Of a stretch of DNA of 64,000 nt, positions 14,402-49,800 are shown one piece after another. The position numbers and the translations under genes were made by a program. How positions within the stretch are numbered: the first letter of the stretch is position 1; each line of letters begins with the position of its first letter. Below the pieces are notes generated by a model. That model saw only the letters and a program-made list of their open reading frames with translations, was not told the DNA's origin and made no database searches. The DNA is from Eledone cirrhosa (lineage: Eukaryota), in the NCBI GenBank assembly GCA_964016885.1, contig OZ024757.1, forward strand, positions 23,746,001 through 23,810,000. The letters are read 5' to 3'.

Positions 14402-14725
14402 CCTACACCATTGCTTTCTAGAACACACTGTTGTCTACACCATTGCTTTCTAGAACACACTGTTGTCTACACCATTGCTTTCTAGAACACACTGTTGTCT
14501 ACACCATTGCTTTCTATAACACACTGTTGTCTACACCATTGCTTTCTAGAACACACTGTTGTCTACACCATTGTTTTCTAGAACACACTGTTGTCTACAC
14601 CATTGCTTTCTAGAACACACTGTTGTCTACACATTCTACACCATTGCTAGCCTTCTAGAACACACTGTTGTCTACACATTCTACACCATTGCTAGCCTTC
14701 TAGAACACACTGTTGTCTACACATT
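14402..14725. repeat. 32-bp minisatellite
   Basis: ctacaccattgctttctagaacacactgttgt repeated. Confidence 0.9.
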
Positions 14726-15109
14726 CTGCAATGCTTCAAACAAACCACACTACCATTCTACTATTATTATTATCTAAGGTTTTTGTAGCATTAAAGCAGA
14801 TGAAATAAATTTCCTCCAGGATAGGATACAAGTTTATCTAAAGTTAGCTTTTCTGACAGACCAATAATAAAATAGCTGTTGCCAGAATGGTGCCATCAAT
14901 GCTTACAGTAGTAAATTAGCAAAGATGGAGTGTCAAGCATCTATGAAGCTGCTCTACTGGTTGGGAATATCAGCCCAACATTACTTGACTCAAACTATGT
15001 CATCTTAACAAAAAAGAGAAAACAGTAGAAAATGAATTTCCAGATATATCTAGAAACAGATCACAAGGTCCATGGCTGAAATTCCTTTGATCATGATTGT
15101 TTACTTGAT

Positions 15110-15645
15110 TAGTGTTTGAACTAGGATTAAATAACAACAACAGCTCACCAAGTTACCATCGCTATGTTTGAGCTAGGGTTAAATAACAATAACAGCTCAT
15201 TGAGTTAAGTTACCATCTCTGTTGGAGCTAGGATTAAATAGTAACAGTGGCTCATGAAATTGCCATCTCTATATTTGAGCTAGGATTAAATAACAACAGC
15301 TCATCAAATTAAGTTAACATATCTATGTTTGAGCTAGGGTTAAATAACAACAGCTCACCAAGTTAAGTTACAATTTCTATAATTGAATGAGGGTTAAATA
15401 ACAACAATAGCTCACCGAGTTAAATTACCATTTCTATATTTGAGATAGGACTAAATAGCAACAGCAGCCCATCAAGTTATCATTTCTATATTTCAGTTAG
15501 GGCTAAATAACAGCAACAGCTCACCAAGTTCAGTTACCATCTGTATGTTTGAGCTAGGATTATATAACAACAGCTCACCAAGTTAAGTTACCATCTGTAT
15601 ATTTGAGCAAGGATTAAATAACAACAGCTCACCAAGTTACCACAT
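15110..15645. repeat. Degenerate 55-62 bp tandem repeat
   Basis: gagctaggattaaataacaacagctcaccaagttaagttaccat.. about 9 copies. Confidence 0.8.
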
Positions 15646-16074
15646 CTAGTTTATTTTGTTTGTAGAAATTTAACGAAAATGAAAAAACAAAATTCACTAA
15701 ATGATAAGATCTTGCCTTATATCTCTTACTTGTGGATGAATTAATGCAGAATTTTATACTGTCATATAATTTCAACCCTCAACTGCAATCATTTTGCTTC
15801 TTGTTTAAATCATATATAATGACTAGTACTCATTTATAACAAGCCCCAAAGGATGAAAGGCTGACTGTGATTTTGGTGGGATTTGAATTCAGAATGTACA
15901 TAGACATAACTAAATATAGTGAGGCGTTAGTCTCAGAAACATTCTACCAATTCTGAATTAAAAAAAAAATAGTTCAAAATCCACCAATCTGAATAAAATA
16001 AAAGAAACTGCACCAAATAGTTATTAATTAAGTCTAATTAAAATGTTATGCGTGTCTGTCTCTGTGTGTCATTC

Positions 16075-16399
16075 ATCTCTTTACCAGATGTGCATCATTC
16101 ATTCATTCACCAGATCTAAGTTGTTCATTTGTTCAATCATTCACTAGATGTGCACATTCATCTGTTCAGCAGATGTGCATCGTTCATTCATCCACCAGAT
16201 GTGCATCATTCATTCATTCACCAGATCTAAGTTGTTCATTTGTTCATTCATTCACCAGATGTGTGTTGTTCATTCGTTCACCAGATATAGATTGTTCATC
16301 CATCCACCAGATCTGCATTGTGCAGCCTTCCAGCAAATGTGTACCGTTCATCAGATGTGCATTGTTCATCTGTTCACCAGATGTGCATCATTCATTCAT

Positions 16400-16410
<11 letters not shown>
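16075..16410 (-). repeat. Degenerate tandem repeat at the start of the ATAT1 3'UTR
   Basis: caccagatgtgcat(c/t)attcattcatt units that include the reverse complement of the last codons and stop. Confidence 0.75.
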
Positions 16411-37811
<21,401 letters not shown>

Positions 37812-38481
37812 CTTGGATTTCTTTTTGTTTTTGGTTTTGGTTTGTTTTTTATTATTAGTGGGTCCTGCTGACAAGTGGTCAAGACATAAAGGTATTTAAC
37901 TGTTGTGTTGGTGTTATCAACTTATATGTTCAATGTGTGAAAAAAATCTGCACATAGCATACTCAATTTTTAATGAGACACTAATTTTTGTTTTCTCCTC
38001 TATATATAACGTTTCCCTCTCTTTATATATATATATGTATATATATTGTTGGTTTAATCTCTTATCACCTTTTCATTGTTTAAATCAATTTTTCAGTTAG
38101 TTGTACATCCATCATAGCTTCTATTTTCCCCTGCAATAAACAAAAGATAAACAAAAGAAAATGAGAGAATGATGCAAAATAGCTTACACAATCTTTCTGA
38201 AATCATGATCCACATCTTAAAAAGAAGAGAAAGATATAAAGTAGTATAGATAATATGAAGTATTGTGACATATGTAATAAACGACTGATAAGTTTCAGAA
38301 AGCCAGAAGGAGGCTTATATAAAAGGCAAAAGATGACAAATAAAACAAAGTAATATTTTTACCCAACATATTTCAGGGCTATCACTCTCTTTTCAAATGT
38401 AAAAACAAAACAAACGATTGATATGCTTTTTCGAGTCATAGTAGCCATTCGTTTGTTCTGTTTTGCACAGTTTTTATTTTT

Positions 38482-38519
38482 ACATTTGAAAAGAGGGTTA
38501 TAGCCCTGAAATATCATGT
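38482..38519 (+). ncRNA. Variant hammerhead-like motif (family F, UUGAAAA core) in diverged inverted repeat 38285-38628
   Basis: ACAU-UUGAAAA-g-AGGG uuauag CCCU-GAAAUAUC/AUGU; the topology fits but the core is non-canonical. Confidence 0.45.
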
Positions 38520-41075
38520 TGAAATATACTGAGTAAAAACATTCTTGTGCTTTGTTTTATTTGTCATCCTTTGCCCTTTATATATTTCTACCACATTGTA
38601 CCAGCTTTCTGAAATACTTATCAGTCTTTTAAGGAAAGATATGTGTGGACAATGTAGTTCTAGAAATAGCAGCTAATAAGGAAGCCTTGACATGATAGAA
38701 ATAGTAGCCACCCAAAGGCATTATACTCATCATTCAACATCCTTGTCTAGTTTAACATCTTCTTTACTTGTTACAAGCATTGGAAGGTTTTGGTAGACCT
38801 TTTTCAAAGCATCTGTCCAGAGTGTTCATACCTGGGATAGGTTTTAGTCCTGGTTCCAGGCTTTCTGATCATCCCTGAATACTTTTTTTTTAGCTCTTAC
38901 ATGAGCCCCCTCACCTTTTCCTTGTCTACCAGGAGCTACAATCTTGGTACATTGATGTATCCACTCCCAACTACAGTTCACATGTCCAAACCAACACAGC
39001 CTGTGTGATCTTAAAACAGAGTTGAGTGCTGGTATCTTTAAGTTTGGGTAGAGAGATGCCATGTCCAGCAAACCATAGCATTTTCATTAATCAATAAACA
39101 TATTCAAGAGTTAGTGTGATTCTGTAGGAGGGCAATGCTGCTGTCAATAAAAACAACACACTGATGATAAGATAGAGAGATCATCTGACCAAATGGGCGA
39201 CTGTATGGGTACCTTGGTCCAGTATCAGGCATCATCAAAGAGTGTAGAGTCAGATTTGCAGGGCATTGCTGGGGAGCTAAAGATGAAATTGTTAGTGAAG
39301 TTATTTTGTGGGGGCCTACACAAGGCTAGAGTTATTAGAGGATGACAAGCCAAGACTTATATTAAGTAGATTTGAGATGACATAAACAACAATCTCTCTG
39401 ACCTGCTGAATATGATGAACAATAGAATTGGACGATGACAGAATCAAGGGAATCCATGTAAGCAGTACAATCTATTGATTGATTGAATTAAAACGAAATC
39501 AAAATGAAAAGGAGACTCAGAGAAACAAGAATATCTATTGAGGTCACAGAATGTGTGACAAAAGAGTTTTGATAACTAAATATGACAATTAAATAACAAT
39601 CTTGTTACTAAACGTAAATTCACCATGGAGGATGAAAAGAGATGACATGAAAGCAACAAGGGGAAAAGACCATTCTGGCAGTTGTGGATTAGACAGAGTG
39701 AAGAGGAAGCATATATGTGGGCGAGAGGCCAGAAAATGTCTGTAGTGGCTTTAGCCCTTTAGTTTCAGCTCGGCCTAAACCGGCTTTGGTTCTATGAAAT
39801 AAAACCACCCATTTTAACCCTTTAGCATTTACATTACTCTATATTTATTATTGTATTTTCGCAGTAAAGGCTTTATCTCCTATAATTATCACACATAATA
39901 TCTATGAGATTTTGATATTATTTATTTTGAGAACAATACCTTAACGTCAGTATGAGCAGCTGGGTACAGCCGGTTTGAACAAAAAGAGGTGAGAGAATTC
40001 TGGCCAGATATGGCCGGTTTAAATGTTGAAGGGTTAAAGGTTTCCAATTTAAATTAAAATTTTCCAACATAATTTCATATAAGAAGCTTGAATGACTGGT
40101 ACTTTATTTTATCGACCCCGTAAGGATGAAAGGCAAAGTTAACCTCGGCAGGATTTGAACTCAGACCGTAAAGGGACATAACTATGCTAGAAAGCATGGC
40201 GTCAGACCCTCTACCGATTCTGCCATCCACCGCCCCTAAGGCGGAGAATAATAATGGTTTCAAATTTAGACACAAGGCCAACAATTTTGCGAGAGGGGAA
40301 AGTCGATTAAATCAACCTCAGTACGTTACTGGTACTTTATTTTACCAACCCTGTAAGGATAAAAGGCAAAGCTAAGAAGTCTTCAACCATTGATTCTCAG
40401 AAAACTAAAGCCTTCTAGATGAAATTAGGTAAACAGAAACTGTGCTGATGCCTGTCATGTGTCTGTATATGAGTTTCTGTCAGTGTGAGAGAGAATGTGC
40501 TATTTATTCGACAAGGCCAGAACTTTTTGGGCGAGTGGGGGAGTGGTTAGTTGACTATATCGATATTTGTATTTAACTAGTACTTTATTTTATCGACCCC
40601 TCGCAAAAAAATGGAGGGCAGAATTGACATGGGATGAAATTAAAAAGTCTGTAACAGAAATACTGCACGAAATTTTGTCCGACGCTCTAACCATTTCACC
40701 AATTTATAACCGTTGACGTGACGAAAATAATGTTTTTTTTTTGTTGTTTTTGTTTTTCAATGCAAGGCATCTTATATTTGTGACAGTTCTAACGATTCTG
40801 AAGAACATTCACCGGAAGAAGACAGGAGAACACATACATATACTCACATATATGTATGTTCTAACGATTCTGAAGAACTGACACCGGAAATAGACACCCC
40901 CGCCCTTCACACACACACATATATATATATACATACACACTTTAAGCATAGATACATACACACACACACAAATAGACATACATACATACAAACATATTCC
41001 GGGTTGAATCGGAAGTAACCACAGTAAGTAAGGTACTCAATACATGGCAGAGTATAAAAGTTTTAATATAGAAGA

Positions 41076-41124
41076 GATTTTACAGGACTAGAACTGTTTC
41101 ATTCGTGAGAAATCATCAGGAATC
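41076..41124 (-). ncRNA. Hammerhead ribozyme-like motif (family A) in palindrome 41066-41180
   Basis: Minus strand GAUUC-CUGAUGA-uUUCucacGAAu-GAAACAG-uucuaguc-CUGUA/aAAUC; one stem I mismatch. Confidence 0.7.
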
Positions 41125-41171
41125 CCCGATGATTTCTCACGAATGAAACAGTTCTAGCCCTGTAGAATCTC

Positions 41172-41223
<52 letters not shown>

Positions 41224-41897
41224 CCCGGGTTCAATCGGGGGTAACCACAGTTAATAAGGTACTCAATACATAGAGTATATACAAGATTTAATATTAAAAA
41301 ATGGCTTCTACAGGACTAGAACTGTTTCATTCGAAGGAAATCATCCTTCACGATGATTTCCTTCGAATGCAACAGTTCTAACCTTGTAGAAGCCATTTCT
41401 ATATTAAATCTTATATATATATATATGTGTGTGTGTGTAAAACAAATAATAAAACAAAAGACAACAAAAGTAAATACATACACTCATAAATAAATACAAA
41501 CTTACCGAATTCTGGTCCCTTGCAATCTGAATACAGATGCGTATATATCTGTGTTTTTCTCCCTTTATATTGAATTATATATATTTTTGGGGGAGGGTCA
41601 TATTGTTATAATATTGCCAGAAATAATAATAAAACACATTCACTGTTTGGTATTGATTGGTTTTCGCTTCTGTATATTTTATATCCCTATAGTTAATTCA
41701 GTTGGCGATCAATGTTTATCATTGATTGACCAACAGTTGGTTAAGAATATAGATAAATATTTGGGATTATCAAATTTGCTAAGGTAAGATTCTTTTGTTA
41801 TCTTAGCAATCTTGATTTTTTTTCTAATGCATTGTACGGTTTTCAAAATTATTTAAATTTGTTACCTATTTGCTTCAAGCAAACTTCAACACTCTGT

Positions 41898-41936
<39 letters not shown>

Positions 41937-42099
41937 TATAAGGAAAGAAAGAGGCAATGACCTACCTTTGGCGTATACAGCTCTTTCGGAGGGTGGTGGT
42001 GGTGAAGACGTTTGATGTAGGGGTGGCAAGATTAAGAAAGAGAGAGAGACATTTGTTTTAGAAGACTACAATGGCAAGAAGAGGAAGAATGTCGTATGT

Positions 42100-42723
42100 T
42101 TATTGACAGACACGCTGCTGACATCAAAGGAATAACATAAAGTAAACATTGACACCAACACTTAACATTTACCTATGATTTCATTGGTTCATCTACAAGG
42201 CAGTGAAGACTAATCTACAATTTCATTGGCTGATGGGGTTTTTTTCGGTATAGTTTATTACTCTTTCTCTCTGATTAGCAAAAGAGACTGAAGAAGAAAA
42301 AAAAGGGAGAAAGGGTGAAAAGAGAAAGAAAGAAAAAAGTTAGAAAAAGGAGGAGAGAAAGAAAGGAAGAAACTAAGTATTGCGACTAACATTGTGTACT
42401 TTATATGTATATATAGAAGGAGAGATTGGCATACTCTCTCCTCCTCCTTATATATAAATCTCTATCTTTCTTTCGCTTTTATCGCCTCCTCTGTCTCTTC
42501 TATCGACCTATTTCCCCTCCTCTCTCTCTCTCTCTGCGGTTGTCATGCAAAAAACATAAATAAATAAAACAGCTAAAACGAAACACAAAACCTGAACCAA
42601 ACAAAAGCACCCCCACCCACAATTCCACAAACGTATTCACATTAATTTAAAATATAATACAATATAATAATAATTATAATAATTATAATATTAATGATAA
42701 TAATAATAATAATAATAATAATA

Positions 42724-42757
<34 letters not shown>

Positions 42758-43206
42758 AAAATTCTAATTGAAAAAAAAATAGGAAAAAATAATTTTTTTT
42801 AATTAAAGACATTCAACGAACATCTTAACCAACCACTGGAAAAAATAATATTTAATAAACATTTATTTCGGTGATGGGAAAATTCACTTTGAATGTCTTA
42901 AATAAATAAAAAAATTTCAAAAGATATTTTTTTAATGTATATGTATATGTATGTATTTGCTCCTTGTTGATCCGGTTCAATTTCCCGTCTGCTCGTTGTG
43001 TCTTTTCTGGCGGTGAATATATGTTGTGTGTGGGGAACTCTTTATCTTTATAATATGTTATCAACTTGTTGAAGTCTTCGAAATTCCTTAGATCTTTCTG
43101 ATTATTTCTGTCTTCATCTTCTTGTCGCTATCGTTGCTTAAGAAGACGGAGGAGGATAGTAAAACTAATAATAATAAGAATTAGAAGAAGACTCGGAGCT
43201 GTAATT
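42100..43206. promoter_or_regulatory. Candidate divergent promoter region between ATAT1 and GNL1
   Basis: Lies between head-to-head genes and lacks the SINEs that fill the rest of the window. Two ATTGG/CCAAT boxes near 42183 and 42224. Candidate minus-strand 5'UTR donors near 41505, 41965 and 42172. Confidence 0.45.
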
Positions 43207-43288
43207 ATGCCTCGCAAGAAACCATTTAGCGTTAAACAGAAAAAGAAACAACTCCAAGAAAAGAGAGAACGACAGCGAAGCCAGGCAG
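43207..43288 (+). CDS. GNL1: Guanine nucleotide-binding protein-like 1, exon 1 (MPRKKPFSVKQKKKQLQEKRERQRSQA)
   Basis: Nearly identical to the GNL1 N-terminus MPRKKPFSVKQKKKQLQDKRER; donor G|gtaaat. Confidence 0.93.
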
Positions 43289-43379
43289 GTAAATAAATAC
43301 ACTTTTACTACACTGACACCAGATTAGCACTGTGTTAACACTTCGCTGACATCACATTAAACACTCGAACTTAACGCTA

Positions 43380-45045
43380 CATAAACACCACATTTAACAC
43401 TGCAGTAACACCACATTTGACACTGCAGTAACACCTCATTGACACTGCATTAACACCACATAAACACTACATAAACACGAAATTAACACTAGACTGACTC
43501 CACATTTACATCAAATTAACACTACAGACACTGCATTAATACCTTATTAACACTGCATTAATACCTCATTAACACTGCATTAATACCTCATTAACACTGC
43601 ATTAATACTTCTTTCACACTGCATTAATACCACATTAACACCTCATTAACACTGCATTAACACCACATTAACGCTGCATTAATACCTCATTAACACTGCA
43701 TTAATACCTCATTAACACTGCATTAATACCACATTAACACCGCATTAATACCACATTAACACTGCATTAATACCTCATTAACACTGCATTAATACAACAG
43801 TAACACTGCATTAATACCACAGTAACACTGCCTTAACACCTCACTAACACTGCATTAATACCACATTAACACTGCATTAATGCCTCATTAACACTACATT
43901 GACGTTACACTTATACTACATAAACTCCAAATTAACACTAGACTGACACCACATTAACACTGCATTGTCAGTACACTTATGCTACACTGGACATTACATA
44001 AGCATCGTGTTAACACTACCACCACTGCTACTACTATTACTGTTGCTGCTCTAGCAGTAGTATTAGTACTACACTAATACTACCTCCAACGCTACCACTA
44101 ATACTACTACCACCCACATTACAACACTACCACCATTACTACAACACTACCACCAACACTACAACACTACCACCAACACTACAACACTACCACCAACACT
44201 ACAACGCTACCACCAATACTACAACACTACCACCAATACTACAATACTACAACACTACAACCAACACTACCACCAATACTACAACACTACCACCCACACT
44301 ACAAAACTACCACCAACACTACAAAACTACCACCAACACTACAACACTACCACCAAAACTACAACACTACCACCAATACTACAACACTACCACCCACACA
44401 ACACTACCACCAACACTACAACACTACCACCAATACTACAACACTTCCACCAATACTACAACACTACCACCCACACTACAACACTACCACCCACACTACA
44501 ACACTACAACTCACACTATAACACTACAACCCACACTTCAACACTACCATCAACACTACAACACTACCACCAACACTACAACACTACCACCAACACTACA
44601 ACCCACACTACAACACTACCATCAATACTACAACACTACCACCCACACTACAACACTACAACTCACACTACAACCCACACTTCAACACTACCATCAACAC
44701 TACAACACTACCACCAACACTACAACACTACCACCAACACTACAACCCACACTACAACACTACAACACTACCACCAACACTACAACACTACCACCCACAC
44801 TTCAACACTACCATCAACACTACCATCAACACTACCACCAACACTACAACCCACACTACAACACTACCACCCACACTTCAACACTACAACCAACACTACA
44901 ACACTACCATCAACACTACAACACTACCATCAACACTACAACACTACCACCCACACTTCAACACTACAACCAACACTACAACACTACCATCAACACTACA
45001 ACACTACCATCAACACTACAACACTACCACCAACACTGCAACAAC
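43380..45045. repeat. Two adjacent minisatellites: 22-bp cactgcattaatacctcattaa (43380-43965) and about 20-bp actacaacactaccaccaac (44100-45045)
   Basis: Direct reading. Confidence 0.9.
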
Positions 45046-46299
45046 CCTGTCAATGTAATTAATATGAACCTTCTATGGTATTGTTGATTCCATAGACACA
45101 TGTACTCTTAATGCAGTTCTCAGGGAGATTCACTATGATACAATGGCTGGCCCTTTGAATACAGATACAGTACATCATGTATTCCAATGTAAGTGGCTGA
45201 GCATTCTACAGACATGTGTACCTTTAACGTAGCTCTCAGGGACATTGTGTGACCAGAGTGGCCCTTTGAATTACAGGTACAATCCATGTTGTATTATAGT
45301 GTAAGTGGCTGAGCATTCCACAGACACATGTACTCAACATAGTTCTCAGGAAGATTTGGTGTTACAAGGCTGACCTTTTGAATTACAAGTACAATCCCTG
45401 TTGTATTCCAGTATAAGCAGCTGAGTATTCCACAGACACGTGTACCCTTCACACAATTCTCAGCAAGGCTGACAGGTCCAGTCTACCCAATTTAATGTCA
45501 CTTCCAAGATTTAGGTCAACCTGAAACTAGTAAATGTCACCTGTTCTAGATGCTATTCAGTGGGATCAAACCAGGGGCCTAATGATTGCAAACCTTTTAA
45601 CCATTTGGCCATGCTGTCTCTACTAATCCAGGGGTCTCAAACATGTGACCTGCAAACTACTTTTCTAGGGTCCACAGCAGAACAATTTTTGTGACTAATA
45701 CCACAAGGTATTTTGGCACGAGGGGCTGAGCAGTGTTGGGCAGCGTATGTTTGTGTATATGCGTTTACAATTTATGAGGTTACGTATATGCTTAACCCGT
45801 TAGCATTTACACCAGCTGTATCCGGCCAGAATTCTCTCCCCTTTTTCTGTTCAAATTGGCTGCAACCGGCCACTCATACTGATGTTAAGGTATTGTTCTC
45901 AAAATAAACAATATAAAAATCTCGTAGCTTCGATATCATGTGAGATAATTATGTGAGGTAAAGCCTTTCCTGTGAAAATATAATAGTAAATATAAAGTAA
46001 TGTAAATGCTAAAGGGTTAACAAATATTTTTATTGGCAGTGTAGTGCTGGGTAATGACTTAGTCTTTCTGGAAATAACAGGTCCCTGTTGTGGTGTGGTG
46101 ACCCTTCACCTGCTACAAATAGCAGCCAAATTTATCTCAACTCACACCCACTTGTCTTTAAAAAACAAAATGTGTGCCTATCTGTTGAGTTCTGTAAGGG
46201 ATGGCGCATCTGGCCACTCTCAACCTCTCTAGAATTATATTCTACCATGTTTATTAGGGAAGAATATAAAGTGCCAACATGGAGACTCTTTATGTGATG

Positions 46300-46790
46300 C
46301 TGTGGTTGTTCTCAACCTCTCTAGAAATAGCAGTCAAATCCTGTAAGGGATGGTGTATGTGGTTGTTTTCAACCTCTCTAGAAATAGCAGTCAAATCCTG
46401 TAAGGGATGGTGTATGTGGTTCTCAACCTCTCTAGAAATAGCAGTCAAATCCTGTAAGGGATGGTGTATGTGGTTGTTCTCAACCTCTCTAGAAATAGCA
46501 GTCAAATCCTGTAAGGGATGGTGTATGTGGTTGTTCTCAACCTCTCTAGAAATAGCAGTCAAATCCTGTAAGGGATTGTGTATGTGGTTGTTCTCAACCT
46601 CTCTAGAAATAGCAGTCAAATCCTGTAACGGATGGTGTATGTGGTTGTTCTCAACCTCTCTAGAAATAGCAGTCAAATCCTGTAAGGGATGGTGTATGTG
46701 GTTGTTCTCAACCTCTCTAGAAATAGCAGTCAAATCCTGTAAGGGATGGTGTTTGTGGTTGTTCTCAACCTCTCTAGAAATAGCAGTCAG
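46300..46790. repeat. 57-bp minisatellite, about 8-9 copies
   Basis: tctcaacctctctagaaatagcagtcaaatcctgtaagggatggtgtatgtggttgt repeated; explains the spurious 19-aa-repeat ORFs. Confidence 0.9.
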
Positions 46791-46871
46791 ATCACCCCAA
46801 ATTATGTTCTATCTTTAATAGGGAGGAATTTACATGCCAATGAGGGTATTCTTATGTGAGTGTGGTCACAA

Positions 46872-49800
46872 CACATAATAACCCTGATCATCAGTCCAAC
46901 ACCCTTACCACTAGGCCACATGTCTTCACATAACCCAGTCAAGGAAATGAACCCACAGCATTATGATCATCAGTCCAACACCCTTACCACTAGGCCACAT
47001 GTCTTCACATAACCCTGTCAAGGAATCAAACCCATAACATTATGACCATCAGTCCAACACCATTACCACTTGGCCACATGTCTTCACATAACCCAGTCAA
47101 GGAATCAAACCCACAGCATTATGATCATCAGTCCAACACCCTTACCACTAGGCCACATGTCTTCACATAACCCTGTCAAGGAATCAAACCCATAACATTA
47201 TGACCATCAGTCCAACACCCTTACCACTAGGCCACATGTCTTCACATAACCCAATCAAGGAATCAAACCCATAACATTATGACCATCAGTCCAACACCCT
47301 TACCACTAGGCCACATGTCTTCACATAACCCAGTCAAGGAATCAAACCCACAGCATTATGACCATCAGTCCTACACCCTTACCACTAGGCCACATGTCTT
47401 CACATAACCCAGTCAAGGAATCAAACCCACAGCATTATGATCATAAGTCCTACACCCTTACCACTAGGCCACATGTCTTCACATAACCCAATCGAGGAAT
47501 CAAACCCACAGCATTATGACCATCAGTCCAACACCCTTACCACTAGGCCACATGTCTTCACATAACCCAGTCAAGGAATCAAACCCACAGCATTATGATC
47601 ATAAGTCCTACACCCTTACCACTAGGCCACATGTCTTCACATAACCCAGTCAAGGAATCAAACCCACAGCATTATGACCATCAGTCCTACACCCTTACCA
47701 CTAGGCCACATGTCTTCACATAACCCAGTCAAGGAATCAAACACACAGCATTATGATCATAAGTCCTACACCCTTACCACTAGGCCACATGTCTTCACAT
47801 AACCCAGTCAAGGAATCAAACCCACAGCATTATGACCATCAGTCCAACACCCTTACCACTAGGCCACATGTCTTCACATAACCCAGTCAAGGAATCAAAC
47901 CCATAACATTATGACCATCAGTCCTACACCCTTACCACTAGGCCACATGTCTTCACATAACCCAGTCAAGGAATCAAACCCACAGCATTATGACCATCAG
48001 TCCAACACCCTTACCACTAGGCCACATGTCTTCACATAACCCAGTCAAGGAATCAAACCCATAACATTATGACCATCAGTCCTACACCCTTACCACTAGG
48101 CCACATGTCTTCACATAACCCAGTCAAGGAATCAAACCCACAGCATTATGACCATCAGTCCAACACCCTTACCACTAGGCCACATGTCTTCACATAACCC
48201 AGTCAAGGAATCAAACCCATAACATTATGACCATCAGTCCTACACCCTTACCACTAGGCCACATGTCTTCACATAACCCAGTCAAGGAATCAAACCCATA
48301 ACATTATGACCATCAGTCCTACACCCTTACCACTAGGCCACATGTCTTCACATAACCCAGTCAAGGAATCAAACCCACAGCATTATGAACATCAGTCCTA
48401 CACCCTTACCACTAGGCCACATGTCTTCACATAACCCAGTCAAGGAATCAAACCCATAACATTATGACCATCAGTCCAACACCCTTACCACTAGGCCACA
48501 TGTCTTCACATAACCCAGTCAAGGAATCAAACCCATAACATTATGACCATCAGTCCTACACCCTTACCACTAGGCCACATGTCTTCACATAACCCAGTCA
48601 AGGAATCAAACCCACAGCATTATGACCATCAGTCCAACACCCTTACCACTAGGCCACATGTCTTCACATAACCCAGTCAAGGAATCAAACCCATAACATT
48701 ATGACCATCAGTCCTACACCCTTACCATTAGGCCACATGTCTTCACATAACCCAGTCAAGGAATCAAACCCACAGCATTATGAACATCAGTCCTACACCC
48801 TTACCACTAGGCCACATGTCTTCACATAACCCAGTCAAGGAATCAAACCCATAACATTATGACCATCAGTCCAACACCCTTACCACTAGGCCACATGTCT
48901 TCACATAACCCAGTCAAGGAATCAAACCCATAACATTATGACCATCAGTCCTACACCCTTACCACTAGGCCACATGTCTTCACATAACCCAGTCAAGGAA
49001 TCAAACCCACAGCATTATGACCATCAGTCCAACACCCTTACCACTAGGCCACATGTCTTCACATAACCCAGTCAAGGAATCAAACCCATAACATTATGAC
49101 CATCAGTCCTACACCCTTACCACTAGGCCACATGTCTTCACATAACCCAGTCAAGGAATCAAACCCACAGCATTATGAACATCAGTCCTACACCCTTACC
49201 ACTAGGCCACATGTCTTCACATAACCCAGTCAAGGAATCAAACCCATAACATTATGACCATCAGTCCAACATCCTTACCACTAGGCCACATGTCTTCACA
49301 TAACCCAGTCAAGGAATCAAACCCACAACATTATGACCATCAGTCCTACACCCTTACCACTAGGCCACATGTCTTCACATAACCCAGTCAAGGAATCAAA
49401 CCCACAACATTATGACCATCAGTCCTACACCCTTACCACTAGGCCACATGTCTTCACATAACCCAGTCAAGGAATCAAACCCACAGCATTATGACCATCA
49501 GTCCAACACCCTTACCACTAGGCCACATGTCTTCACATAACCCAGTCAAAGAATCAAACCCACAGCATTATGACCATCAGTCCAACACCCTTACCACTAG
49601 GCCACATGTCTTCACATAACCCAGTCAAGGGATCAAACCCATAACATTATGACCATAAGTCCTACACCCTTACCACTAGGCCACATGTCTTCACATAACC
49701 CAGTCAAGGGATCAAACCCACAACATTATGACCATCAGTCCAACACCCTTACCACTAGGCCACATGTCTTCACATAACCCAGTCAAGGGATCAAACCCAT

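Noticed and set aside
38188-38215. Small minus-strand exon candidate with ATG upstream of ATAT1
   Set aside because: Good splice signals, but no homology or frame evidence; may be a 5'UTR exon and cannot be supported without transcripts
46279-46818. 179-aa and 147-aa repeat ORFs on both strands
   Set aside because: The 57-bp unit is a multiple of three, so open frames arise by chance; intronic
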